Virus record (IMG/VR): IMGVR_UViG_3300032313_001035
DNA from: a virus
Direction: 5' to 3' (one strand)
DNA: 64,000 nt
Shown here in pieces: positions 20,038 through 29,149 of the stretch. A program made the translations under genes and the position numbers. The notes under the pieces were generated by a model, which worked only from the letters and a program-made list of their open reading frames with translations, ran no database searches and was not told the origin of the DNA. Position 1 is the first letter of the stretch; every line of letters starts with the position of its first letter.

Positions 20038-20739
20038 TCATTTATTATATTTTGATTTAATATAAAGGTGTTCATTGTCAATCATACAACTGGTAGTAGA
20101 TTGAGTCGTTTGACCATCCCAAGTCCTCACTACTCCCAAAGGAATGTCGCTTCCTAGAATAGTCGGCGGCCCATATTTTTCAACCATTCTATGATAGAAT
20201 TCTGTATCCATCATATATGAAAGTTTCTCATCGAAAAAATTATCATCATTAATAAAATATATCACACTTGGTGGTCCCAACGAGTTAATTCCGTCAATAA
20301 AATCACTATTGGTATATGGAGTTCTTTGATTATAATATGTATTCGTATCACCATTTAAATGTGTGTATTCGTAAGCATACCAAGGATCAACTAAATTATT
20401 TAAAATGTGTTCCAATGATTTTGCACAATAAAAAAGATCATCTTGAAACAATGGTTTGATATATTTTCCAGAGCTATGTTTGATGCAGTTATTTAAATTT
20501 GCTGACATTGATCCACGCCCGTATGAATTTTTCAAAAATTTAATATTAAGATCTTTAAAATTATTACAACATTTCTCAATTTCATCATCAAGAGAATGGT
20601 CGGATACTACGATTTCAACATTAGATAAATCACATTCCTGTGCTCTTATGATTGATAACGATTCGCTTAAATATTTCGCCCCAACCCCACTCATTTCATA
20701 GCAAGGAATACATAATGATATTTCTGGTCTATTCATCAT
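20038..20739 (-). CDS. Glycosyltransferase family 2
   Basis: ISLCIPCYEM, VVSDHS, NLNNCI, LFQDD, GPPS. Confidence 0.85.
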   Translation of the reverse strand: MMNRPEISLCIPCYEMSGVGAKYLSESLSIIRAQECDLSNVEIVVSDHSLDDEIEKCCNNFKDLNIKFLKNSYGRGSMSANLNNCIKHSSGKYIKPLFQDDLFYCAKSLEHILNNLVDPWYAYEYTHLNGDTNTYYNQRTPYTNSDFIDGINSLGPPSVIYFINDDNFFDEKLSYMMDTEFYHRMVEKYGPPTILGSDIPLGVVRTWDGQTTQSTTSCMIDNEHLYIKSKYNK

Positions 20740-20761
20740 ATTTTTTTAATTATATTTTATG

Positions 20762-21379
20762 TCACTTCAACCAAGTATAGTCACATTCAGATTCGTCAAT
20801 ATCACTGTAATCTTCTTTTTGCCAAGTGATAGATTTATCACCATTCTTAATCACATAAGATGGTAAAAGTCTATGTAATTGGGCGTAGTATATATCAATA
20901 GGGTATTGGGGTTCTCTGATAAATTCTAATATTGTGGGTATAATCTCTGTTCTCAACCCATAAGCGTGGGTAGCCAAAGAGCTCACCATTCGATAAATGT
21001 TATCATTGATTTTTGACAAGCCGTTCAGGTGATTACCACCCAAATATAAAAATTTCCAATCATTTGGCACGTTATCGACATTATCGGCAAAAAATTTATC
21101 CAATCCATTTTCAAATACGACATCATCTTCAAGAATCAAAATTTTATCATATTTGTTGTTGATAGCATCAATCATTATAGCACGGTGGCTTGACATACAA
21201 GCTAATTGACCGCTGGTGATTGCGCCATTGCCACTGATATCATTTTTATCAATAGCAGTGAATCGCTGCACATTTAATCCTTCTCTAGCAAACAGATCAG
21301 CACAATGCTTCCATCTGTCAGGTCGTCGATCTAAATTTATACAATAAATTTTATCAAAATATTCATTCAATCTTCCCAT
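20762..21379 (-). CDS. Glycosyltransferase family 25
   Basis: IYCINLDRRPDR, ACMSSH, LILEDDV, YLGG, THAY. Confidence 0.9.
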   Translation of the reverse strand: MGRLNEYFDKIYCINLDRRPDRWKHCADLFAREGLNVQRFTAIDKNDISGNGAITSGQLACMSSHRAIMIDAINNKYDKILILEDDVVFENGLDKFFADNVDNVPNDWKFLYLGGNHLNGLSKINDNIYRMVSSLATHAYGLRTEIIPTILEFIREPQYPIDIYYAQLHRLLPSYVIKNGDKSITWQKEDYSDIDESECDYTWLK

Positions 21380-22092
21380 AAATTAGTAGTATCCCTATCG
21401 TATTGTTCTTTTATTTGTAAACCATATTTATATAGTGCATGATTATTATGCGTCCCTCCAACATCAATATTAGTATCAACATCATTAGGATTATACTTCT
21501 GTACTCTCCATGACATACCTTCGTAATGTTTGAAATATTTATTTTCAGCATTGAAATTTGCAATCGATAAATTTGCATTCAAAACATCTTCAAACATTGT
21601 AGAACCAACATCATAAATTCGATCACTATTTCGACTATTCACGGTTCTTTCAGCATCAAAAAATTTTATGTTGTTATCAACAAGATGTCGTCTATTGATA
21701 AAACAAAACCAAGGATCGACTCTTGGATACAACGCTTTACCCCCTCGATCACCGCTTATATTTCCCAGCAAAGTGAAATCGCCTTCTTTAAATTTTTGAT
21801 ATATTGGTGCAATGTCTTTGTAGAAGATCACATCCGAATCAATTAACAAAATGTGGTCATTTTTAATCGAATTCAATGCGTGATTAACAGCTTCGCCATG
21901 CGAATAATTCGGTAGATCTTCTATCACAACATCCAATGGTAAATGATGACACAATTGATTACTTGTTGGTGATGTGTCCATCACATAATAACGATCAATA
22001 AGACATGTTGAGCTTCTATTTAAAGACCTCAACATATTCTTAGTAATTACGGGAGTATCATAATTACATGTTAATATTGATAATCCGCTCAT
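21367..22092 (-). CDS. GT-A fold glycosyltransferase
   Basis: SHGEAVN, LLIDSDVIF, PWFCFIN, YDVGS. Confidence 0.75.
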   Translation of the reverse strand: MSGLSILTCNYDTPVITKNMLRSLNRSSTCLIDRYYVMDTSPTSNQLCHHLPLDVVIEDLPNYSHGEAVNHALNSIKNDHILLIDSDVIFYKDIAPIYQKFKEGDFTLLGNISGDRGGKALYPRVDPWFCFINRRHLVDNNIKFFDAERTVNSRNSDRIYDVGSTMFEDVLNANLSIANFNAENKYFKHYEGMSWRVQKYNPNDVDTNIDVGGTHNNHALYKYGLQIKEQYDRDTTNLWED

Positions 22093-22892
22093 ACTACATC
22101 GACTTTGGGTCGCAATTTCTTCAAAGATTGTATTACAGTATTATAATCTGATTGTGGTATTTGTAGTGGCAACATACCGTGCTTTGCAAGAAAAACAGTG
22201 TCTGCCCTATTAACAATTTCATTATGTTTTGGGGACGATGAAATTGTGGATTGGTATATACTCCATTCTTCATCACCTAGATATTCCCAAGAATTTGCAA
22301 TATCTGCAAAATTCCAAAAAGGAGGGTGTATATCAGACTTGATTATACGATACGTATGTTCAACATGTTCACACGCATTGTAGAAATCTTCATCCAAAAG
22401 ACCAACCATTTCTAGACACTTTTTAGAATAATAAGAAAAAGCACCTACACAATGTTGATACAAACTAATACCAACATCATCGTATTGGATGGTTATTTTT
22501 GGGTTAGCTTCTCTAGTATGGGGATTTTTGTTCATTACTCCGTGTTGAGAATAATTAAAATGTTGAATACCACTCTTTTTAGATGCTTTGATATAAGCGT
22601 CAAAAACATTTTTATCTTTGATGTAAATGTCATCTTCAATCAAAAAGATATGCTCGCAGCCTGAATCCAAAAGATGTTTGAGAGCAATATTTTTAGAAAC
22701 ACCGACACCAACATTACGTTCATTTTTAATAACGTATGTATTCCAACCATCTACATCAACATCGTCACCATCATTAATAACGACTAATTTAGACCAATCA
22801 CAATCGCCAACACTATCTAGCAATTTTTTTAATTGCTTTGGTCTATTGTAAGTGACAACACCTATTCCAATTTTACCCTCTTTCATTTTCAA
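22089..22892 (-). CDS. Glycosyltransferase family 2
   Basis: GVVTYNRP, VINDG, NVGVGVSKN, FLIEDD, EHVEH. Confidence 0.85.
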   Translation of the reverse strand: MKMKEGKIGIGVVTYNRPKQLKKLLDSVGDCDWSKLVVINDGDDVDVDGWNTYVIKNERNVGVGVSKNIALKHLLDSGCEHIFLIEDDIYIKDKNVFDAYIKASKKSGIQHFNYSQHGVMNKNPHTREANPKITIQYDDVGISLYQHCVGAFSYYSKKCLEMVGLLDEDFYNACEHVEHTYRIIKSDIHPPFWNFADIANSWEYLGDEEWSIYQSTISSSPKHNEIVNRADTVFLAKHGMLPLQIPQSDYNTVIQSLKKLRPKVDVV

Positions 22893-23626
22893 TATTTTAA
22901 ATTTTTAATATCGTTAGTAACTTTTTTAAATTGATTATCTTTATCGTTCCATTGCCCTTGTTCTTTAAGCATTTGCTCCATAAGTTCCAAGTTTTTGGGA
23001 TCTAGAACACTACTTTCAGTTTCAATCAAATTGCCGTTTCTGTCGATGAATTCTCCGATCCAAGCAATTCTATCATCAATCGATGGAATATTTTCAATCG
23101 GGATAATAGCAGGGCAATTATCAGCAATAAAAAATGGAGTATTTTCCAAATGATTGGAATATTGCTCATATAGACCAGCAAAAATATCATCGATTTCTCG
23201 GATATAATTCAAATTAGTATCACGCAATCCATCATCTACAATTTTAATAGTTGGATCATATTTGATCCAAAATATGATGTCCAAATGTTTTAAAGAACGA
23301 CGAACAACATCTACAGTGACCCCCAAAATATCTTCACTGATCAAATCTTTTTCAGCGGCATGTAATGTATATGCCATATTATCCAATGGGCAACGATCAT
23401 AGACGACATATTTTTCATCTTTATTAGCGTCCATTACTTGAGTCATCCAATCCAAAATGGTAAGCTGTGTTTCAGCGTTTGTTTTGGATGAATGTTGTAA
23501 TCCTTTTTCCTTGAGAATATCACGATAAGTGATCTGAGGCGTTTTATACATCGACCACTTACGTAAAAAGGATTTTATCAATGTTGATTTTCCAACATTT
23601 CCACTACCGCTGAATGCAATTCTCAT
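22889..23626 (-). CDS. P-loop nucleotide-kinase-like NTPase (AAA_28/NadR-like)
   Basis: RIAFSGSGNVGKSTL, YDRCPLDNMAY. Confidence 0.8.
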   Translation of the reverse strand: MRIAFSGSGNVGKSTLIKSFLRKWSMYKTPQITYRDILKEKGLQHSSKTNAETQLTILDWMTQVMDANKDEKYVVYDRCPLDNMAYTLHAAEKDLISEDILGVTVDVVRRSLKHLDIIFWIKYDPTIKIVDDGLRDTNLNYIREIDDIFAGLYEQYSNHLENTPFFIADNCPAIIPIENIPSIDDRIAWIGEFIDRNGNLIETESSVLDPKNLELMEQMLKEQGQWNDKDNQFKKVTNDIKNLKY

Positions 23627-23668
23627 ATAAGAGAATTTACCAAAATTTTGTCAAAAATCAAGCAATAA

Positions 23669-24415
23669 TTATTGCAAATTCTTAAATTTCTTAACGATAA
23701 ATTTTAAAATTTCAGATCTTACGATATCACTTTCATCAAATTCGAACGTTACTATACCATTATCGATAGATTCTTGATCATCAAAAACGTTATATACACC
23801 TTCAAAACCACTGAATTTAATATCTGGTTGCATGCGGTCTCCTGCCAATATCAATTTACTATTTTCACCGATTCGACTCATTACCGTTAGAATTTCTTTA
23901 GTTTCCATTTGTTGCGTTTCATCAACTAATACAAACATATTATCCCACGTGTGACCACGCGCATGGTTGACAGGCATAGTATCTACTATGCCAGCTTTTT
24001 TAATTTTAGGCAAGTCAGATTCTTCGACGATCTTATTAATCAGTTCGTAAGCTACAGCATTAAAAGGTTGACTCTTTTCAGCTTCAGAACCTGGTAAATA
24101 CCCCATCGATCTAGAAGCACTTTCGACCATTGCTCTGACATAGAGTAATTTATCATACAGTTTATCTTTAATCATGCTTAATCCACAATATACAGATGTC
24201 CATGATTTACCAGTTCCTGCTGGTCCTTGTATGATGACCACTTTAACATTGGGGTCTTTTATAATAGAGACCAACTTTTGTTGTTTATCGGTTAATTTGA
24301 AACCTCTTTTTTTGAATTTAAAATCTAGCTTGTTATAATTATTAATTATAGCTTCTTCAATCTCAGGGATTCTGGCTTCCTTACGCTTTTCTTTCGAAAT
24401 TTTTTTAATCGCCAT
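23669..24415 (-). CDS. phoH: PhoH-like ATPase
   Basis: GPAGTGKS, GYLPG, RGHT, DETQ, RIGENSK..GDRMQ, DIVRS; start moved to 24415. Confidence 0.93.
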   Translation of the reverse strand: MAIKKISKEKRKEARIPEIEEAIINNYNKLDFKFKKRGFKLTDKQQKLVSIIKDPNVKVVIIQGPAGTGKSWTSVYCGLSMIKDKLYDKLLYVRAMVESASRSMGYLPGSEAEKSQPFNAVAYELINKIVEESDLPKIKKAGIVDTMPVNHARGHTWDNMFVLVDETQQMETKEILTVMSRIGENSKLILAGDRMQPDIKFSGFEGVYNVFDDQESIDNGIVTFEFDESDIVRSEILKFIVKKFKNLQ

Positions 24416-24466
24416 GTTAATATTACTTAGTCTAAAATTAACATTTTGCAATTGTATTGGTATTAA

Positions 24467-24655
24467 TTAAGCACCCCATGGTGTTCCATCAAGCCATGGA
24501 TGACCTTTTAGATTTTCTAAACTTGGTTTGTATTTATCAACCACAATTTCTTCAGGGGGTGTAATTACTGCGGCAGTTTCACCAGTTGGTTCTTGGTCTT
24601 CGTCTGTAACGAATTTAAAAAATTCGTCTTCGTTTACTAAAATTTCAATTTCCAT
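24467..24655 (-). CDS. Small acidic hypothetical protein
   Basis: ATG 24655 preceded by TTGACA-N16-TAAATC-N5. Confidence 0.55.
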   Translation of the reverse strand: MEIEILVNEDEFFKFVTDEDQEPTGETAAVITPPEEIVVDKYKPSLENLKGHPWLDGTPWGA

Positions 24656-24688
24656 ATCTTGATTTAATAATAAGTTGTTTAATGTCAA

Positions 24689-25351
24689 TTATGGAGTTCG
24701 TCTAGCAGCTTTTTTAGCAGCTTTCCTTGCGGTAGGTGTCGGGGTGGGTGTTGGGGTAGCAGTTTTTCTCGCAGCTTTTTTAGCAGCTTTTTTAGCAGCT
24801 TTCCTCGCAATAGGTATTGGGGTAGCAATTTTTCTCGCAGTTTTTCTTGCGGTAGGTGTTGCGGTAGGTGTTGCGGTAGGTGGTAGATAAATACCATCAT
24901 CAACATCATACATTCTTCTTCTATCTGGTCTTAAAACAAATTTAATTTGTTGTTCCACATCATCATATTGCACAATTGCTCTTGGCTCATCGAATCTTCT
25001 AATAATTATAGGTTCACCATCATCAGTAACCCCTTTTACACCAACATCTAACGCCCAGTGTGTTTTACCGCCGCCAAAATTTCTAATTTTTTTGGGTTTG
25101 GAGTTTTCGGTTGGAATGAAACCCATTTCATCGATCCAATCAAGAATAATTTCTTCCGTTGTCTTACCCGCTTGTTTTATTGCACCACTGGCAAGTTTAA
25201 TATTTTTTCTAATATTACTAACGTTTTGGTAAGTTTGAGGTAAAGCTACTTTGGATAATTCTATAGCACCTTGTAATGCTTGTTTTCCAACCTTCTTAAA
25301 TGGATCCCAAAATCCTTCATCAAGTAATTCTTTTTGTGTGTGTTTATGCAT
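24689..25351 (-). CDS. Late protein with basic histone H1-like C-terminal tail
   Basis: Tail PTATPTARKTARK..RKAAKKAAKKAARK..; N-terminal KELLDEG. Confidence 0.7.
   Translation of the reverse strand: MHKHTQKELLDEGFWDPFKKVGKQALQGAIELSKVALPQTYQNVSNIRKNIKLASGAIKQAGKTTEEIILDWIDEMGFIPTENSKPKKIRNFGGGKTHWALDVGVKGVTDDGEPIIIRRFDEPRAIVQYDDVEQQIKFVLRPDRRRMYDVDDGIYLPPTATPTATPTARKTARKIATPIPIARKAAKKAAKKAARKTATPTPTPTPTARKAAKKAARRTP
24700..24885 (-). repeat. Coding low-complexity 12-nt tandem units (KKAA / PTAT)
   Basis: Repeated tagcagcttttt and gcggtaggtgtt units on the plus strand. Confidence 0.85.
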
Positions 25352-25802
25352 TGGCTTGTAAATTTTGGTCTGCTACGTTATTTAATGCTACATCGATAAG
25401 AGCATTGAGTTCATCTTTGATAAAACTTTTTCCTATTAAAACTTTATGATCATTGGTGGCGCGATTCCCAATAGAAAATGGGACACTTTTAAATTTTTTA
25501 CCACCAATCATACAATCAAAAAGACAAACAGGTCTTTCTACGGTATTATTTTCACCAATATTTATGGTGATCATATCTTCTACATCTTTTTCTAAACGAA
25601 TTGAGTTCACGGTAGTAAATCTTAGTATTTTTTTATGTGTATTTTTATCTTCACCCATTTCTAAATCTTCTCCATGTAAAACATTGTATGCGCCGTTACC
25701 TGTATCTAATTTAGCTGGAATATTACCGACACCATCGATGTTGATATCTTCAACCAACCCTAGAATATTCTTTTCAACGAAATATTGTTTGAAACTTATC
25801 AT
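25344..25802 (-). CDS. Retropepsin-like aspartic protease (RimK-associated type)
   Basis: AKLDTGN, ERPV, R...HKVLIGKSFI; N-terminus MISFKQYFVE. Confidence 0.82.
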   Translation of the reverse strand: MISFKQYFVEKNILGLVEDINIDGVGNIPAKLDTGNGAYNVLHGEDLEMGEDKNTHKKILRFTTVNSIRLEKDVEDMITINIGENNTVERPVCLFDCMIGGKKFKSVPFSIGNRATNDHKVLIGKSFIKDELNALIDVALNNVADQNLQANA

Positions 25803-25805
25803 CCA

Positions 25806-26267
25806 TTAACTAAGAGGGTTAAAATCGTCTGATTGTTCAAATCCAGTATTTGCGAAATCTGCCTTAGCATCTAAACGATGCCACACATCCGATGCATATG
25901 TAGATGCGACAGTAATTGCCGAAACCATCCAGTCATCAAATTCAGTATGGGAGCATATATCATAAAGTCTTTTAGAATATTCTGCCAACTTCTTCAATTC
26001 AGATAGGAGAACTTCATTAACTTCTACACTATGGACTGGTCCCATCGGTTCAACTTCCATAACAATATTTTGCATGGATTCTGGTTCGAAATCATCATCT
26101 TCAAATTCGTCACCATATTCGTCATCGTCGCCGTATTCGTCGCCCATGTCGTCCATGTCGTCCATGTCATCGTCTTCGATCATACCATTCAGTCTTTCGT
26201 TCAAGACTTTTTTATTATCACGAAATGATTCCCAAATTAATGTGTTTTCTTCTCCTTTGAATTTCAT
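25806..26267 (-). CDS. Acidic late protein
   Basis: D/E-rich middle; TAAATA-N5-ATG; IWE and LNE motifs. Confidence 0.7.
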   Translation of the reverse strand: MKFKGEENTLIWESFRDNKKVLNERLNGMIEDDDMDDMDDMGDEYGDDDEYGDEFEDDDFEPESMQNIVMEVEPMGPVHSVEVNEVLLSELKKLAEYSKRLYDICSHTEFDDWMVSAITVASTYASDVWHRLDAKADFANTGFEQSDDFNPLS

Positions 26268-26275
26268 ATTATTAT

Positions 26276-26686
26276 TTAGCTCATTTGATCAGAAATGTTT
26301 CTAACTTCCTGTTCTTGTTGAGCAGGACGAATAATTGGAAGAATTTCATTTTGATATAAATCCTTTGCGGTTTTACCAGAACTTTGGATCATATCGACAG
26401 CATCAGGTCTATTAAGCATATCTAAAAAGTTTTCCAATGTAATTTTATCGTTACCTGTAGGTCTTGGCTCCATCAATGCTGCGAGTACAACATCTTGAAT
26501 ATAACGAATTTCTCCTTGTGAACTCAAAGGGATAGTATTTTGTTCTGATTCTGATGCAGCTGCTGCCATGTCAGCTTCAGGATTGGCTTGAGACGGATCA
26601 CCTTGTTCAGGTGGTAACATATCTTGCTCATCTTGTTCTACCAATCTTTGGTAATAATTCAATAATTGTAAAGTTTTAAATTTCAT
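26276..26686 (-). CDS. Hypothetical late protein
   Basis: MKFKTLQLLNYYQRLVEQ; in a co-directional late run. Confidence 0.7.
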   Translation of the reverse strand: MKFKTLQLLNYYQRLVEQDEQDMLPPEQGDPSQANPEADMAAAASESEQNTIPLSSQGEIRYIQDVVLAALMEPRPTGNDKITLENFLDMLNRPDAVDMIQSSGKTAKDLYQNEILPIIRPAQQEQEVRNISDQMS

Positions 26687-26690
26687 ATAA

Positions 26691-27104
26691 TTATCTGGAA
26701 ATTGTAGCTTTTAAATTTTGAGTTGCTTGATCAACAGCTTTCAACGATTCTTCGTTGCGTTTTTTCATATAGTTAGTGAGTTTGGGTATTATTTTTTTGT
26801 CACCTTCTTCTTTGGTTTTTTTGAGCACTCCTTTAGCTCTATTACTGGGAGTGACTTTTTTATAAAACGGTAATTGATCGTAACTATCAATAACTTCATC
26901 AGCCGCCTTATCGATATTTAATTTGTAAGGTTTAACTGCTTCTAGAGCAATTTCTGTATCATCAATATTCAATATGATTTTTTTACCATTACTAGTGAAT
27001 GGTATTTTTTTCTCATTCAAAAACATTTTCACTTTCAATAAAGCATCGATCTTATCTTCATTGACGGGATCATATTCTTCGAGAACATCTAAAAATTTAC
27101 TCAT
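26691..27104 (-). CDS. Hypothetical late protein
   Basis: Start MSKFLDVLEE at 27104, TAAATA-N5. Confidence 0.7.
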   Translation of the reverse strand: MSKFLDVLEEYDPVNEDKIDALLKVKMFLNEKKIPFTSNGKKIILNIDDTEIALEAVKPYKLNIDKAADEVIDSYDQLPFYKKVTPSNRAKGVLKKTKEEGDKKIIPKLTNYMKKRNEESLKAVDQATQNLKATISR

Positions 27105-27118
27105 ATGATTATTTATCA

Positions 27119-27613
27119 TTAATGATTGAAAATCACCATTTTGTTGGCGATGTTTTGGAAATACGATTCGTTCAAAAAGGTCAATCCTTCTTTCTCCAAA
27201 TACTTGGATATCTTTTTAAAAGATGGTATTTTATTAGATTGAAATATGAGATCCAATCCCGAAAGTATTTTCGCATCTTTTTCATTTATTCTTTTGCGAA
27301 ACTCATCATAATCGTAATTTTCTTTCCACACTTTAACTTTGAAAATGCGTTCTACCTTGGATAAAAGTTGATTTCTAAACTTATCCTTCGTTAGATTATT
27401 AGAAAAAAATACAATGTTCAGATGATTTCTTGATTTCAAAAACTCGCAAAATGTCTTGATGAACTCATGAGTATAGAACTTTTTGTTGTTTTTATTGGAA
27501 AAATTAAAATCTACCAATAGCCCCATTTGCTCCAATAATAGAGCGAAATTTCGATTAGTTTCCATAAAAACTGTATCGATATCGATCACTAAATCATCGC
27601 ATTGCTCAATCAT
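27119..27613 (-). CDS. Hypothetical protein
   Basis: Start probably MIEQ 27613, downstream of TTGACA-N16-TATTAA. Confidence 0.6.
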   Translation of the reverse strand: MIEQCDDLVIDIDTVFMETNRNFALLLEQMGLLVDFNFSNKNNKKFYTHEFIKTFCEFLKSRNHLNIVFFSNNLTKDKFRNQLLSKVERIFKVKVWKENYDYDEFRKRINEKDAKILSGLDLIFQSNKIPSFKKISKYLEKEGLTFLNESYFQNIANKMVIFNH

Positions 27614-27662
27614 TGTTTGTTTTATCTGAACAATTAATACCACACGGAACAGATTTGTCAAC

Positions 27663-28106
27663 TCACATTGAATATTTTGAACTTAAATCAACATTCTTCG
27701 GTGGATTATTCAGCCGAACATTGATGATCTCATTGTAGTAGTCGTCACGGAAAATGACATTCTCTTTCATTTGGTAGTAGAGTTCTGCATATGCGACTTC
27801 CCATTTGCTGCCACAGATTGCGAGTATTTGCCTCGTAAAGCTCTGCTTGCCGTATTTCTCGATGTCCTCCTTCAGTTTGTTGGAAGAGCCGTAGTAGGTC
27901 TCGTAATCGCTCTTAACGTGGTCGATACGATTCCGTTTCTTGCCTTTGAGTGGTTTGCGTTTGATTCTAGACCAGAACTGCTTCTTGCCGATATACTTCT
28001 TCCCTGTGACGGTGTTGGTTATCAGGTAGACAAAAGCGTAATGAGTATCTTTGTCCAGATTTTCTGGAAGATTTTGCCACGGTGGGTCGATGATAGTGTC
28101 ACTCAT
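27663..28106 (-). CDS. GIY-YIG endonuclease
   Basis: AFVYLITNTVTGKKYIGKK, YYGSS, E..Q, YYNEII. Confidence 0.88.
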   Translation of the reverse strand: MSDTIIDPPWQNLPENLDKDTHYAFVYLITNTVTGKKYIGKKQFWSRIKRKPLKGKKRNRIDHVKSDYETYYGSSNKLKEDIEKYGKQSFTRQILAICGSKWEVAYAELYYQMKENVIFRDDYYNEIINVRLNNPPKNVDLSSKYSM

Positions 28107-28490
28107 TTGCGGTTACTTAGCTGATGGAAGCTGAAAAATCCATTTTTTTGCGATTTTTTGCTTGCTTTTTCGATTTTTGCATTTATATTTAATTATAATT
28201 AACTATAACATAATCTATAAACTATAACTTATATATTATAATATTAATAAAATAATAATATAATATTAATGAAAAATGCATTGTTTTTATATATTTGTTC
28301 TGTTGTTATATTTTATTATGTTAACAACTATTAATTATAACAATATCTAATTTATATTAAAATAATAAGAAAATTAATTATCGCTATTGACAAATCGAAA
28401 ATCCATGTTAAATTATGGGTGGGGGGTGGGAATAGATTATTAATATATAATAATATATAGTTAAATTTAAACGCGAAAAAAATGAAAACG
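28107..28490. other. Extremely AT-rich intergenic region at the coding-strand switch; candidate replication origin
   Basis: Phased T-tracts 28143-28178, CTATAA repeats, near-pure A/T 28180-28380, promoter 28387-28414, GGGTGGGGGGTGGG 28417-28430. Confidence 0.55.
28387..28414 (+). promoter_or_regulatory. Sigma70-like promoter, 16-nt spacer, no adjacent sense ORF
   Basis: TTGACA-N16-TAAATT with extended TG, followed by the G-tract. Confidence 0.65.
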
Positions 28491-28727
28491 TCAACCAATC
28501 GAGCCGTCCCAAGTGGACAATCTTCTCTTTTTACCAGATTTCTTGCCAGTCTTCAACCTACCTTTTCGAGTGGTGATGCCGAGACCATATGGATTTCTCA
28601 TGTCACCTGGTGCGTATGAATCTTTATTTTCGATTCCTACTGGCGTAGGAACATCACCATATACATCACCAGCAGTCATTTCCTCGTAAATTTTCAAAAT
28701 TTCAATTTCGTCACTTGACTTTCTCAT
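28491..28727 (-). CDS. Small late protein
   Basis: MRKSSDEIEILKIYEE at 28727, TAAATA-N5; DSYAPGDMRNP motif, basic C-terminus. Confidence 0.7.
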   Translation of the reverse strand: MRKSSDEIEILKIYEEMTAGDVYGDVPTPVGIENKDSYAPGDMRNPYGLGITTRKGRLKTGKKSGKKRRLSTWDGSIG

Positions 28728-28753
28728 AATAGTATTTATCATAATAAGACAGT

Positions 28754-29149
28754 ATGGAACAGCTTAAAAAGTATCAACAACAGTATCAAGAGTTTTGCGG
28801 CATTGATGATTTTAATCTCGAAGATAGAGCTAAACGTGTTCCAGCCGAAAAACATTTTTGGGTATGTCGATTGATTGATGCCAAAATCGAAATGGATAAT
28901 CTCAATAAAATGAAAACGACCCATCGTAATGTTCTCAAACAAAAGATTATCACCGAATCACCAATAGCATTGAATGAACAGGTTTTGAGCACACAGGTTG
29001 ATAAATCACCTTCGATGGACACTATCAATCAAAAAATCAAAGAACAAGCGTTTATTATTGAGTATTTGGAAAAGCTAGTGAATCAAATAACTTTTATTGG
29101 TAATGATATTAAAAATATTATCGCTGTTAAAACTCTGCAAGAACAATGA
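28754..29149 (+). CDS. uvsY: Recombination mediator UvsY
   Basis: C-terminal IEYLEKLVNQI...DIKNII; directly upstream of uvsW. Confidence 0.8.
   Translation: MEQLKKYQQQYQEFCGIDDFNLEDRAKRVPAEKHFWVCRLIDAKIEMDNLNKMKTTHRNVLKQKIITESPIALNEQVLSTQVDKSPSMDTINQKIKEQAFIIEYLEKLVNQITFIGNDIKNIIAVKTLQEQ

Noticed and set aside
24700-24885. Repeats resembling a CRISPR array
   Set aside because: 12-nt units in frame within a CDS, no unique spacers, no cas genes
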